This document shows positions 43,469-53,706 of a DNA stretch of 64,000 bases, piece after piece. Location of the stretch: the IMG/VR virus record IMGVR_UViG_3300017963_000216, positions 33,863-97,862 of that record. One strand, written 5' to 3'. The position numbers and the translations under genes are program-made. Each line of letters begins with the position of its first letter. The stretch's first letter is position 1. The notes beneath the pieces were generated by a model, which was not told where the DNA came from, ran no database searches, and was given only the letters and a program-made list of their open reading frames with translations. The stretch is from a virus (taxonomy: Duplodnaviria; Heunggongvirae; Uroviricota; Caudoviricetes).

Positions 43469-43989
43469 TACTTCATCCTCTTTATTGTCATGTACTTGTA
43501 GGGGTTTGGCAACCGTATCTTACTGGCCAACGCGCTCCAGTATGCGGCACCTCGGGCCCCGAAGAAGTACGGGGTGTTCGTCACTTTCGTGCTGTATGGT
43601 TGTGGGTAAGGTCCAGGAGAAGGAGCATTAAACTCGTTGTAGACCAGATGACCAAGAGAGGTCGTGTGCTTGAACCCGGCGTAGTAGGTGTTCTTATCCT
43701 CGATGACACCACTACCGACGGCAGAGGCCAGTCCTTCGGACACTCTGCTTTTGTTTCCACCGCGAGGCCCCATAGGGACCGTGGTTCCGAGTTCTGATGC
43801 CAGCTTGGAGAACGTGGCGCGAGAAGCACCACTCCAGGTCGGGATTCCGACAGAGTAGATGACAAAGTTTATCCACTTCTGGCCGAGCTTCATATTGGCT
43901 CTGCGTATCTGCACCCAGATGAGATTACGCATTCTATCCACATCGAATTGCATGTGGTATAGCTCAGGTCTCCATTTCAGCTTTGCCAT
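43468..43989 (-). CDS. hypothetical tail-module protein
   Basis: 173-aa ORF upstream of the tape measure gene; no motif recognised. Confidence 0.4.
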   Translation of the reverse strand: MAKLKWRPELYHMQFDVDRMRNLIWVQIRRANMKLGQKWINFVIYSVGIPTWSGASRATFSKLASELGTTVPMGPRGGNKSRVSEGLASAVGSGVIEDKNTYYAGFKHTTSLGHLVYNEFNAPSPGPYPQPYSTKVTNTPYFFGARGAAYWSALASKIRLPNPYKYMTIKRMK

Positions 43990-44186
43990 TTAGACACCAT
44001 ACTTAAAACGTTCGTGCTCGGCGGTCTGATGATACCCAACAAGGTCTGCCTGCTGGATGACACCCAAAGTGTCCCAGCAGGGGAGGGTGGGATGATCGAA
44101 CCCTGGGGGCAGGACTCCGAACCTCTCGCACGCTCCCCATATTGTGTACTCAGACGTTCTATGTGACGGCCAGAGTATCTTGCGAG

Positions 44187-44639
44187 CTACTCCCCCTGAC
44201 CACGTAGAAAACGCTCTCGTGCCTCACGCAGCTTGTCCTCGTCCAGCGAGTTGGCTACCAGGGCGGCGTTGACGATGCGGTTGGTCTCGACTTCCGACAG
44301 GCCTGCGTCCTGCAACTCGTCGACCCAGTTGGTCCACGTGTTGTGGTCATTCAGGTCGACCGTTTCCCATTCGATGTCACTCGGCTCGATGGAGCGGAGG
44401 ACCATATAGGCGAAGTTCTTCTCGCCGCGACTTGCGACTTGTGCTCGGTAGTCCTCATCCTTGTAGTTGGGCTTGAAGCCATCCTTCGTGCGGACGCCAG
44501 GGGCGGTCGGCTCGGGACAGATCTTCTCGAAGTCTTTGTTGATGCACACTGCCTGCGCGCGGATGACCAAGTCACCGTCGAGTCTCGGCAGAACTAGGAT
44601 TTCCATGTTACGTGTGATTTCACGTCCACCAATCTTCAT
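44187..44639 (-). CDS. tail assembly chaperone-like protein
   Basis: 150 aa with acidic C-terminus, between the major tail and tape measure genes. Confidence 0.4.
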   Translation of the reverse strand: MKIGGREITRNMEILVLPRLDGDLVIRAQAVCINKDFEKICPEPTAPGVRTKDGFKPNYKDEDYRAQVASRGEKNFAYMVLRSIEPSDIEWETVDLNDHNTWTNWVDELQDAGLSEVETNRIVNAALVANSLDEDKLREARERFLRGQGE

Positions 44640-44725
44640 GTTTTGTCTCCAGATGTGTAAGGCGAGGAAAGAGGTGCTAACCTCCGGGTGGGAGCGACCC
44701 CACCCGGAGCAGGTTAGCTAGTTGC

Positions 44726-45481
44726 TCAACACTCGGTGTCGGTCGAGCGGGTTACGGTCGGCTGGCTCACATTGCAACGCCCGGAGACGGCAATGGTGGC
44801 TTCGCCCATGTCGTAGTCCAGCGACTCATAACGGAAGTCGGTGAACAGAACGTCTTCGTCTTCGTCCGTGCCACAGGGGACACAGTGCTTGGCGAGGATG
44901 TCGATGCAGTACGGCTCGCAGAGGTCAGCCGATGTGGAAACCCACTCGCTGGCATAACCTTCACGCTTCAGAGCGTCTACCGGCGTGATGTCGACGCCGC
45001 TCGAAGACTTGATGTAGTCGTACACAAACTCAAGACTCATCTCGACTGGTTGCTCGTCGCCTTCCTTGACGGTGTCGAGGTTACCACGGTCTCGAAGGTA
45101 CTCGTATTCCTTGGTTTCCGACCAAGTCAAGTTGCCTTCACCGATCTTGATTTCAAGACGTTGGTAGATGAACGTGACAGCACCTTCAGCGTTGCCGCTG
45201 TTGTACGTGCCCGGACCCATCGCGGGGCTGATTGTAACACAGGTCGTCGGGCCAGCAGCAGCGGGCTCACGAGCCGTGACGGTATGAACCGTATTAGCGG
45301 TTTCGCCACCGACATACAGTCGCGCGCCAACGGGAACGAGGTTAGTCGTGTCCGTGTTCAGCACAACGGTTTCGATGTTGATGGTGGTGGCAGCGTTCGC
45401 CGAGTTGGCGGACAGATTGGCGGTCCCAGCGAGACCGTCTTGGACGTAAATGGTTACGTCACGCATTTCGATACGTGCCAT
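44726..45481 (-). CDS. major tail protein
   Basis: 251 aa; position and composition (RLEIKIGEGNLTWSETKEYEYLRDRGNLDTVKEGDEQPVEMSLEF) typical of siphovirus tail tube proteins. Confidence 0.55.
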   Translation of the reverse strand: MARIEMRDVTIYVQDGLAGTANLSANSANAATTINIETVVLNTDTTNLVPVGARLYVGGETANTVHTVTAREPAAAGPTTCVTISPAMGPGTYNSGNAEGAVTFIYQRLEIKIGEGNLTWSETKEYEYLRDRGNLDTVKEGDEQPVEMSLEFVYDYIKSSSGVDITPVDALKREGYASEWVSTSADLCEPYCIDILAKHCVPCGTDEDEDVLFTDFRYESLDYDMGEATIAVSGRCNVSQPTVTRSTDTEC

Positions 45482-45500
45482 TTGGTTATCTCCTAAGAGG

Positions 45501-45983
45501 TTAGTTTGACAGAGTCATTCCGTAGACGGCGTCCACTTCAGACTGACGTACTCGGATGTCCTTGTTGACTTGTCCGAAGTGATACACTCGAACCGCTTCG
45601 TTTCGATCCTTCTTGATGATCAAGCAGCCAACTAGGCTACCGTCATCTTGAGGGTTGCTCCCTTTCTTATAGATGGGCACTTGACCCAGCATCTCGTTAG
45701 CAAACACCCCGCTCCACTGAATCAGGTCGAAGGCGTCCGCACCGCCAATGTCCATTTGCTTCGTGAAGAGAAAGTTTATGATAACGTCGATGTTGTAGTA
45801 TCCGTTGCTCACCTCTTTGATGGTGGGGCCTGTTACTCGAAGTTCGACGTGGTCCGCCCGCATGTCCTCGACGGATCGTTCGTCAATCCCCTCGACAAAA
45901 TACGGTAATGAAATCCCATTGGCTGTGCTCACAAAGTGAGAAGCAATAGATTGAAAGATCCACCGCGCGAGGTTTTCATCCAT
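45501..45983 (-). CDS. tail terminator / neck protein-like
   Basis: Call based on position between the major tail protein and head-tail joining genes. Confidence 0.35.
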   Translation of the reverse strand: MDENLARWIFQSIASHFVSTANGISLPYFVEGIDERSVEDMRADHVELRVTGPTIKEVSNGYYNIDVIINFLFTKQMDIGGADAFDLIQWSGVFANEMLGQVPIYKKGSNPQDDGSLVGCLIIKKDRNEAVRVYHFGQVNKDIRVRQSEVDAVYGMTLSN

Positions 45984-45998
45984 TTGCTGTGCCTCCGG

Positions 45999-46508
45999 TT
46001 AAGCAATCGTGGCCGAAGCCGATTGTGTTAGTGAAAGTAAGTATCCGTTCCCTTTGGCGTACAGGTCCTGCCTCGGGGTAGTCCCCTCGATGACCTTGCC
46101 AACTACGATCCATCCTGTTTTGTATTCAAACTCGTCGACGGTGATGATGTCGAACCGCTTGCCGTCGTACACGATCCAGTCGTCGTTATCGAAGTTGAAT
46201 GTCGCAGGGACGTCCGTCCGGTCGATGATGAACGCCCGTTTGCTCGTGTCGTACGTTCCTCCCTGGACCACCTTCTTATTGGAAGAGATCATGGAGATCG
46301 TCTGTGTGATCTCGCGGGCGACTCGCGATGGCAGGACCACAGCCCGGTTGATGAACGTCGATTCGTGAGTGTAAGTCTTCACCCCTGAGTCGTAGTCCGT
46401 CGAGGCCGTTCCCAACTTGTAGACGGTGATTGGACCACCATACTCTTTCTTCATCTGGCGAATCGTTCGCCGGATGAAGGTGATCAAGTTGTAGTTTGGT
46501 CTAACCAT
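45999..46508 (-). CDS. head-tail joining / neck protein-like
   Basis: Call based on position in the morphogenesis operon. Confidence 0.35.
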   Translation of the reverse strand: MVRPNYNLITFIRRTIRQMKKEYGGPITVYKLGTASTDYDSGVKTYTHESTFINRAVVLPSRVAREITQTISMISSNKKVVQGGTYDTSKRAFIIDRTDVPATFNFDNDDWIVYDGKRFDIITVDEFEYKTGWIVVGKVIEGTTPRQDLYAKGNGYLLSLTQSASATIA

Positions 46509-46758
46509 CTTGTCGGCCCTTGCAGTTTATCATAAGGTTGTTCATGATGCGAAGTTGTTCAGTGTTGGTGGCGATGACCGAGGATGACTCTTTCACCAGC
46601 CCGGTCAACACATCCGTGTTGAAGTCTTCCAGATGTTTCACTCGGCTGACTAGTGAGTCTTCGCGTTTCCAGTCTCGCCAGATGAAGAAGAGAACGATGC
46701 CGATCAACGGCCCGAAATCCTTGAACATGTCGAATACGGCATGGGTGTCCATCATCAC
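46501..46758 (-). CDS. hypothetical protein
   Basis: 85-aa ORF with a hydrophobic segment (GPLIGIVLFFIW). Confidence 0.4.
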   Translation of the reverse strand: MMMDTHAVFDMFKDFGPLIGIVLFFIWRDWKREDSLVSRVKHLEDFNTDVLTGLVKESSSVIATNTEQLRIMNNLMINCKGRQDG

Positions 46759-46762
46759 ATCC

Positions 46763-47047
46763 TTATTCCAAGTCGGCCCCTGCCGAGATTAGTGCGTCGA
46801 GGCGAACTTGTTCCGCCTCCAGGTATTTGGCTTTCGCCACGGCGTCCGCCTTGATCGTTTTCAACACTCTCACCGCCCATTGGATGAACAAACCGCAACG
46901 TATCTCTGTGCTCTGCGGATTGTCAGGGTCAGGTTCGAGGTTCTTCTCATCGACGACCGCGTTGATGAAGGTCAAGGCAGTGGCTGGCGCAATTACCCTG
47001 CCAGCGAGGTTGTCAATTACGGCCTGTGCTCTCGTGGTATTCGACAT
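46763..47047 (-). CDS. head-tail connector-like small protein
   Basis: 94-aa ORF; call based on position. Confidence 0.35.
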   Translation of the reverse strand: MSNTTRAQAVIDNLAGRVIAPATALTFINAVVDEKNLEPDPDNPQSTEIRCGLFIQWAVRVLKTIKADAVAKAKYLEAEQVRLDALISAGADLE

Positions 47048-49683
47048 TATGTTAAGGTCCCCGTGGCGTCACGCCACCCACCCGCTGTCGCGAAGTTGGG
47101 AGCGTTGTCGTCAGTGTTAAAGATCATTGATCCGACAGGAAGCGAGGCGGCGGAGGGGCGTGTTGAGTCCGAGAAGTTACCCGGAGCGATGCTGCCCTCA
47201 AAGTAGTTCCTGTCCTCGCCAGAACTGTAGATTCCGATGCGATTGGCTATGGTCCCGGCACCAGCCGGGGACTGCAACCTGAGAGCTATGCCGGAGGTGA
47301 TGGCGGAGTTGGCCGACAAGTTCGTGACTGACAGGTTCAGCCCTTCAACCTGGAGGATGGTAGACGCGGCGTTGGCGGTTGGAATTCCGGCCTCTACTGT
47401 GAACGCCGTTATGTAGTTCGTGTTGCCTGTAGAGGTGTCGCCCAGGTAGGCGTAGAACCTTGCGGCACCTAAGGTGCCGGTGTTGGTGATGCCAGATGCC
47501 GGGGTGTCGTACGCGAACACCGACATGCCATAAGTGTAGTAACCACCGTTCACAGTGGAGGAGTGCTGGCTCGCGAGCAGCATGGCCCCTTGGCTGTTGT
47601 TGGTGATGGTGGAGGTGAAGTTGCCAGAGTAATCGTTGGTTGCGTAACCAGTCAGGCCCTCGTTCGCCAGTATGGCATCACCTGTGATGTTGCCAGTGGT
47701 GAGTATGTGATCGTCGTCAAAGTTGACGGTGCCCGTCAAGCTGTTAATGTTGGTGGTCTGCATCGTGATGAGCGCTGAGACATAATCAGCGTTGATGGTG
47801 CTGGCGTCCAGCACATCGCAGTACCAAGTTGAACTATAACCAATCAGGTTCATCGTCGAAAGATTGATGTTCCCAGTGGAGCTGTTGATCGTGTTGACCG
47901 TCAACCCAGGCATGGTTACGTTGCCAGTGAAGTCTCGCGTGCCATCGGCCAGCGAGTATTGGGTGTGGTCGTCGTCGCTCAGTCCGGACAGGGCACCGTG
48001 ATCGCTCGCAGATGAAGCGCCTGACCCTGAATCAATATCGAAGCGGTAATCGTCGATCTGCTCAATCGAATAGTAAGGGGAAGCGGCATTTCGCTTCATA
48101 ATGACCTTGGCGATGCACTTATGCTCTGCCGTTGGCAGGTTGGCAAGATCAAGGTCGCCGAGAGTGTTGTTGTCTTCGGCTTCTTGAAGCGTTCCACCGT
48201 CAGCCTGACCAGGGATCAGGTAGACAGGGTGACGACGGTCAGAGGAAGCGAATACCCAGTAGGCGAAGTATTTGTTCACGCCTACATCTGTCAGATTCCA
48301 ATCGGTCCCGTTCCAGGTGTTGACCTGCGGGATGTTCGCGGCGATGATCGTCGGAGTGGTGGCTGTGTTCGTTGACAGCCAGTTTCCGCTCGAACCGGTG
48401 CGATACAGAGTCCATGTGTCGAGTGGGGTCAGTTCCTGCTGCCACCACGGCGGCGGCGGGTTCACTGGTCCCGCGCCATCGTAAATCAAAACCTCGATGT
48501 CTTCGTCGTAGATCTCGCCTTCAGCAACATTCAGCACAAGGTTGTCAGGAGTGCTGACGCCAAGACCTGCTGCCCATCGCGTGCCGAAGTTCTCGTGGAG
48601 ATACTCGTGCAGCTTCGGGGAGAAGTGATGCCCGTGGAACTCGATCGCGCGGGTAATCATGTCCGCCTGCGCGACGCTCCAGTAGCCAGCCGCCACTGTG
48701 ACTTCGTTGCGGGTGGCGGGGTAGTTCGGATGAATGTCCCACGCAGTGTCGCTGAACACCAGGGTGTCAGAAGAGTCCAGTATGAGATACTTCGGACCCT
48801 CGGTGTTGTTGAGCGTGGCTGACTTGCTGGTGTTCGCAGAGAAGGTGTGTCTAACACCTTCGATCCAGTAATCAGTGTCAGCCGAAGCGGTGAGTGTGGC
48901 TGTGTAGTTCGCCGTGTTGATACTGAGGTTGAGGTTGTCCCATGCGCTCTCATCCCAGCCCGTCTTGAGGTGGGAGTATTGAGGAACAGGATCAGTGCCA
49001 TCGCCCGCAACCCAGTTGTTGTTCGTCGCGTTGTATGTGGCGATAGACCCTTCTACGACGTTGGTCGTGTCAACGTCGGACAGGGCGGCAAGCCACGGGT
49101 TGATCGTGATGTCTATGAGCATCGTGCCGTCAACTTTGGCGTCGATGACTTTGGCGACATACACCTTGAAGTTGGGCCAGCTTGGAGCGGGGCGTGTAAC
49201 GCCTCCGGTTGCACCAAGGTAAAGCTGATCGCCGTCGTTGTATGTGGACAGATCGACACCACGCACCAGACCACCAACATTCACGTAACCGTTGCTGTTG
49301 TGGTCGATGTTCTCGGTGGCGAAACCCATGACTGCCATTGTAGCAATGCTGTTGGCAGAGGCGAGCGAGATAAGCGGTTTGCCGCCCGACGCGCCAGAGA
49401 TTCTTACCGGGTCGCCGTTGTTGATCGTGTTGCCAGTGATGTTGCGGCAGCGGACCAGTTGCTCTTGACCGATTTGCAGGTTGACGTTCCCGCCCGGCAT
49501 GCCGACTTCCAGCGTGCCATCGTCACTGTTCCATTGCAAGCGGCCTTCAGCCGAACCATCGACGAAGGTTGTGTCGAACTGAATCCAGTCGACACCGTCT
49601 ACGTGCGCGACGGCCAACCCATCAGGGTCGTCCAACTGCTGGACGAGGGTGCTGTACTGCCAGAGAGGTTTGTATGTTGCCAT
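47047..49683 (-). CDS. large fibre-like protein densely populated with N-X-S/T sequons (head fibre or decoration candidate)
   Basis: 878 aa with Asn/Thr/Ser/Gly-rich repetitive composition, located in the head module between capsid and connector genes. Confidence 0.55.
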   Translation of the reverse strand: MATYKPLWQYSTLVQQLDDPDGLAVAHVDGVDWIQFDTTFVDGSAEGRLQWNSDDGTLEVGMPGGNVNLQIGQEQLVRCRNITGNTINNGDPVRISGASGGKPLISLASANSIATMAVMGFATENIDHNSNGYVNVGGLVRGVDLSTYNDGDQLYLGATGGVTRPAPSWPNFKVYVAKVIDAKVDGTMLIDITINPWLAALSDVDTTNVVEGSIATYNATNNNWVAGDGTDPVPQYSHLKTGWDESAWDNLNLSINTANYTATLTASADTDYWIEGVRHTFSANTSKSATLNNTEGPKYLILDSSDTLVFSDTAWDIHPNYPATRNEVTVAAGYWSVAQADMITRAIEFHGHHFSPKLHEYLHENFGTRWAAGLGVSTPDNLVLNVAEGEIYDEDIEVLIYDGAGPVNPPPPWWQQELTPLDTWTLYRTGSSGNWLSTNTATTPTIIAANIPQVNTWNGTDWNLTDVGVNKYFAYWVFASSDRRHPVYLIPGQADGGTLQEAEDNNTLGDLDLANLPTAEHKCIAKVIMKRNAASPYYSIEQIDDYRFDIDSGSGASSASDHGALSGLSDDDHTQYSLADGTRDFTGNVTMPGLTVNTINSSTGNINLSTMNLIGYSSTWYCDVLDASTINADYVSALITMQTTNINSLTGTVNFDDDHILTTGNITGDAILANEGLTGYATNDYSGNFTSTITNNSQGAMLLASQHSSTVNGGYYTYGMSVFAYDTPASGITNTGTLGAARFYAYLGDTSTGNTNYITAFTVEAGIPTANAASTILQVEGLNLSVTNLSANSAITSGIALRLQSPAGAGTIANRIGIYSSGEDRNYFEGSIAPGNFSDSTRPSAASLPVGSMIFNTDDNAPNFATAGGWRDATGTLT

Positions 49684-50393
49684 CAGATAATAACCCCGTC
49701 ACTGATCTCGATGTCCATTTTGGTCTGTGTGATTGCTCGCCCGACTCTGATCGCCATATGACCTTCTGTGGTGACTGCTGTGGTGGTCAATGTCCCGTCG
49801 GTGCCTCCGAGCACGTAAATCGCGCCAGGGGTCAATAAGGTGTTACCTGTCACTAAGGTCCAGTCGGCTTGATTGACGCTGCCTTCGGTGGCGACTAAGA
49901 TGGACTGGTTGACGTCGGCGTCGGTCATCGCGAGGCCAATAGGCAGTCCGAATACCGGGACGCCGTTGATGTTGGCGGTGGCCAGAGCCACTGTGGTGGA
50001 GGTGTCAGGAAAGACAGGCTGGCCGATGTTGATCGTCTCGGACGCCTTGGTCGTCTCTACGCCAGTGGGCGCTCGGTATCCGCATAAGCAGGCGTGGGCT
50101 GTGTCTGAGAAGGTGACGACGTCTTCGACGCCTCTTTGACGCGTCATATTGATCGCCACAGAGTCCACCAGAGCCATTGTAACGGACCCTGGGTCTGAGG
50201 CGTGATTCGTGTGGGGTGTAGCCACAGAGTCCAGGAGGAGCGAATCTGAGGCCTCCTGGCCGAAGTCTCGGTTAAGGTCGACGCTGTCGCCGATCCCGAG
50301 CCATGAATTGGCGTCCAGACGCTTCTCCAGCAGGCCTACACCGCTGGCGTTCAGCGGGACCATAACTGGGTTGCGTGCGGACATCTTGTTCAT
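49683..50393 (-). CDS. hypothetical head-module protein
   Basis: 236-aa ORF. Confidence 0.45.
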   Translation of the reverse strand: MNKMSARNPVMVPLNASGVGLLEKRLDANSWLGIGDSVDLNRDFGQEASDSLLLDSVATPHTNHASDPGSVTMALVDSVAINMTRQRGVEDVVTFSDTAHACLCGYRAPTGVETTKASETINIGQPVFPDTSTTVALATANINGVPVFGLPIGLAMTDADVNQSILVATEGSVNQADWTLVTGNTLLTPGAIYVLGGTDGTLTTTAVTTEGHMAIRVGRAITQTKMDIEISDGVII

Positions 50394-50761
50394 TTGTACA
50401 CCAGGATATTGACTTCGGCGGAAGCGGCTTCTTCGATGATTCGTAGGGACGAGAGGTTTCCTGTGTAGAAAATGGTCTCGCCAGCGTGGATTCGGCGTCC
50501 GGTAGTCGTCGTTGGGTCGGTACCGTCGTCGCGAATTCTGATGTTTTGGTCTAGGGCTTGGATTACGGCAACTCTGCCGCCGCCGATGCTGATCCCCTGG
50601 GCTGTAGCCGGGGTCAACTGAACGTATCCAGCGGGCTCGATTGTGCCGTCGGCAAAGAAGCGGTCAGCGTATGCCATGAGTGTCTCCAGAGTGGAAAAGA
50701 AAACCTGGGAGGGCGGTTTACAAGACACACCCTCCCAGGTGTTATAGAAACGCCGAGTCAC
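50390..50761 (-). CDS. hypothetical head-module protein
   Basis: 123-aa ORF immediately downstream of the capsid gene. Confidence 0.45.
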   Translation of the reverse strand: MTRRFYNTWEGVSCKPPSQVFFSTLETLMAYADRFFADGTIEPAGYVQLTPATAQGISIGGGRVAVIQALDQNIRIRDDGTDPTTTTGRRIHAGETIFYTGNLSSLRIIEEAASAEVNILVYK

Positions 50762-50798
50762 CTCAGCGTAGGCTCTGGGATACTATCCCAGAGGTTGC

Positions 50799-52184
50799 TC
50801 ACGCATACAGAACACAACCGAGGTTGGTATCCAGCGTCGCCACGCCACACAGCATGTCGAGGGTCACGATGGTACCCTGGCTGGAGATGTCGTACTGCAT
50901 CGCAACTCGCATGGCGAGGTTGTTGAAGCTACCAACGGCAGCTTGCACGCCCAGGCTGTTGCTAGGCAACGCCAGAGGACGGCTAACCAGAGCCAAAGCG
51001 TCACGGTGGAACGCGAAGCACATCGAGCCACTCGGGCCTGGGAAGGCCAAGTCCGCAGCGGTGACGGCGGCGGTGAGGGGCTTGTCGAGCCAAACGATGA
51101 CACTCGTAGTCGACACAGCGTCAACTTCGATGATCGTGTACTCGTGACGGTCGCCACCATTGGTCGTACCGAAAGCCATCATCTGGCCAACGAGCGGCAG
51201 CTTGTTAGCTGCGATGGTGTTGAGCGTAATGCCCTTGTCGTAGCCAGCGGCGTACGTCGCGCCAACCACTGCGGGTTCCCAAGCATAGCCAACCGCATTC
51301 GCGGAGACGGCATACTTGTAAGCATCGTTCAGCGTGATACCAGTCGTGGTACCAGTCAGAGCCTTCACTTCGTGAGGCTGACCTTCGCCGGTGAACCATA
51401 CGAACGAACCGACTGTCACTGCCGAGGAGGCGGTGACCGCTTTGTTGCCCGTGTCGCCAGCGCTAGCGCCAGCAGCATGGTTCAGGGTCAGAGTGTCGCC
51501 GTCCAACAGAGGACGATGGTTGACATTCTGGTCCATGTAAGTGTCGAAGCCGAGGACGCGACCGAGTCGTGCTTCCTCAAGAGCCGTACCATTGTCGCCA
51601 CGCGTGTTGGCTTGGATGAACAGTTCGGTCTTCAACATTTCGGTCTCAGCCTGAGGGCTCACGACCAAATTACGACCCGTCGGATACGCATTGTTGACGT
51701 TCATGACTTCACGGGTTTCCAAGATCCAATCCTTGGCGTTCGAGCTGGACATTTCATCCAGACGGCCAGTGGCGTTGGCGTTGAAGCGATGGACCTGACC
51801 ACACAGGATGCGGTCTACCGTGCGAGCCATTTGCATCGCGGCGGGTTCCATGTAGTAAGAGATCAATTCCTTGAAGGACAAGGAAGCCTCTTCGTCCTTG
51901 ATCGTGAAGGTCACGTAGACGTGTTGGTTGAGCGGGACCTGCACGTTGGTGCTGATCGCGTCCTGGTTGACAACGCTGTCCGACTGAGCCTTACGCTTGG
52001 TCGAGAACTCGCTGGGTCGACGGGTGTTGACCACGTCACCATAGCTGGCGACCAACGGGCTGAAATCACGGTGGACCAAGTTGGCCATCACCATGTTCTC
52101 TTCGAGGATTGCCAGGGATTCTTGGGCCCACAGTTCGGGGATCAAGGCGTCGTTGTCGTTAGCGAAACAGAGGTACAAGTTCAT
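50799..52184 (-). CDS. major capsid protein
   Basis: 461 aa with an N-terminus ELWAQESLAILEENMVMANLVHRDF typical of phage major capsid proteins; sits downstream of the scaffold gene. Confidence 0.7.
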   Translation of the reverse strand: MNLYLCFANDNDALIPELWAQESLAILEENMVMANLVHRDFSPLVASYGDVVNTRRPSEFSTKRKAQSDSVVNQDAISTNVQVPLNQHVYVTFTIKDEEASLSFKELISYYMEPAAMQMARTVDRILCGQVHRFNANATGRLDEMSSSNAKDWILETREVMNVNNAYPTGRNLVVSPQAETEMLKTELFIQANTRGDNGTALEEARLGRVLGFDTYMDQNVNHRPLLDGDTLTLNHAAGASAGDTGNKAVTASSAVTVGSFVWFTGEGQPHEVKALTGTTTGITLNDAYKYAVSANAVGYAWEPAVVGATYAAGYDKGITLNTIAANKLPLVGQMMAFGTTNGGDRHEYTIIEVDAVSTTSVIVWLDKPLTAAVTAADLAFPGPSGSMCFAFHRDALALVSRPLALPSNSLGVQAAVGSFNNLAMRVAMQYDISSQGTIVTLDMLCGVATLDTNLGCVLYA

Positions 52185-52339
52185 TAGTGAACTCCCTTAT
52201 GGAAAATGAGTAAGTTTGTTGGAATTACTCCCAGGTAAATCAAGCCTCACGTCCCTGGTACTCGTGAAGCGAACCCGGTCTTCCCGGTAGGTCTGCTACT
52301 TGAAGGCGCGGACAATCAAGCCAGACAGCTAAACGCTAA

Positions 52340-53149
52340 TCAGTTCTGTTGTGCCATTCGGTCCTTGATCGCTTGGCGATTCTTTCGGTACTCGGCGGCA
52401 CTCATATTGGTGAAGTCGACTTCGCCAGCATTGCTGACACTGGCTTGGCCTGAGCCTACGCCACTGACTACATTGCTTCGGAACAAGTTGCCATGGATCT
52501 TCGGCAGCTCCTGCATACGCTTCACAGCGTCGGCGGGGGTGCGAAGAGTGATGACAGGCTCGCCCGTCTTCTCGTCGATGTCTTGGAAGTCGACCATCGG
52601 GGTCAATGTCCCGTCGATGTCCTTCAACTGGGTCATCGGCTGGAGGATCGTCACAACTTGCAGCGGGTTGTACGCATCGGCACTGGAGGCTGCGTCAGTC
52701 AGAGATCGCGAGACGGTCTCTTTCTTAAACAGGTTTTCCCAGTGGTCGGCTCGCGCTGTGGCGGTCTTCAGCTCGTTCTGGTATTTCTCTTCGGCGGCCT
52801 TTCGCTCGAACTCAGCTTGCTGGTCTTTCGTGCGGTTGGCTTTCTGAACGTCTTCCAGTCGCTGTTGCAGACTGTCGCGTTCGTCTTTGGTGAGGTTCTG
52901 GTTCGTCAGCAGGTCTTTGTAGCTGCCTTCGAGAGCGACATAACGTTCTTGATGCTTGCGCTTGTCTTCCGCAAGGATCTTGTTTATGTCGGCCTGTGAG
53001 AATTTCTTCTCGTCGCCAGCGGGCGTCACGGGATTCGTGCCGGTCACCACAGGAGCTTCAGGAGCTGCGGGAGTTACTGGGTCCGCTGGAGTCACGTCAC
53101 CTTCGCCGTCAAAACACAAGATGTTCACGTGATTGAAAAGAGTCTTCAT
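52340..53149 (-). CDS. scaffolding protein
   Basis: 269 aa with charged coiled-coil composition, between the portal-side genes and the capsid gene. Confidence 0.55.
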   Translation of the reverse strand: MKTLFNHVNILCFDGEGDVTPADPVTPAAPEAPVVTGTNPVTPAGDEKKFSQADINKILAEDKRKHQERYVALEGSYKDLLTNQNLTKDERDSLQQRLEDVQKANRTKDQQAEFERKAAEEKYQNELKTATARADHWENLFKKETVSRSLTDAASSADAYNPLQVVTILQPMTQLKDIDGTLTPMVDFQDIDEKTGEPVITLRTPADAVKRMQELPKIHGNLFRSNVVSGVGSGQASVSNAGEVDFTNMSAAEYRKNRQAIKDRMAQQN

Positions 53150-53166
53150 AAATTCCTAACCTTTCG

Positions 53167-53703
53167 TTAGTCGGCCCTACTGAGTTTGATGAGCTTGCTG
53201 TCCACGAGGCGGGGCTTCAACCATCGCCATACGCGTGCAGTAGGAATACCATAGCCAAGGTATTCTACGCTTTGGCTTCCGTCGGCGTAGGTAGTCCGCA
53301 CGGAAGAGTAACCCTGTCTGATAATGTTCAGGCGCTCCATGGCGTCTTCAGGGTCGAAACCTTCGATAAGGGCAAATGCGATTTCGTAGCAAGCCCATTC
53401 GATTTCTTGTGGCACCGAAGTGTCGGCACCTCGGGGAAATTCCAGTGGCTGAGCCACGTTCGCGGTGTTCTTCGCCGCCCTCGTTGGAGGGTCGACAAGG
53501 AGCTTGCAGAACGGGTCAGTCTGGTCGTACATGATCAACCACACGGAGTGCTTTACTCCCCGGTAGTTCAGCGAGTCGATTAGCTGAGTGGCCTGCGTCA
53601 ACGCCTTCGGGCGGTCGACTGGGTTAGAGTCGGCCCATGACTCCGAGTGGAGCATGTTGTCGAAGTATTCGTTCGCGCCTGTTAGCGTTCCGTAGTATGC
53701 CAT
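53167..53703 (-). CDS. hypothetical head protein
   Basis: 178-aa ORF between the portal and scaffold genes. Confidence 0.45.
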   Translation of the reverse strand: MAYYGTLTGANEYFDNMLHSESWADSNPVDRPKALTQATQLIDSLNYRGVKHSVWLIMYDQTDPFCKLLVDPPTRAAKNTANVAQPLEFPRGADTSVPQEIEWACYEIAFALIEGFDPEDAMERLNIIRQGYSSVRTTYADGSQSVEYLGYGIPTARVWRWLKPRLVDSKLIKLSRAD

Positions 53704-53706
53704 CGG

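Noticed and set aside
43990-44186. Possible -1 frameshift T-extension of the tail assembly chaperone (G/GT arrangement) between 44187 and 43989.
   Set aside because: No ORF of adequate length in an alternative frame covers the ~200-nt gap, and no slippery heptamer was spotted. It was left as two separate genes with an intergenic gap.
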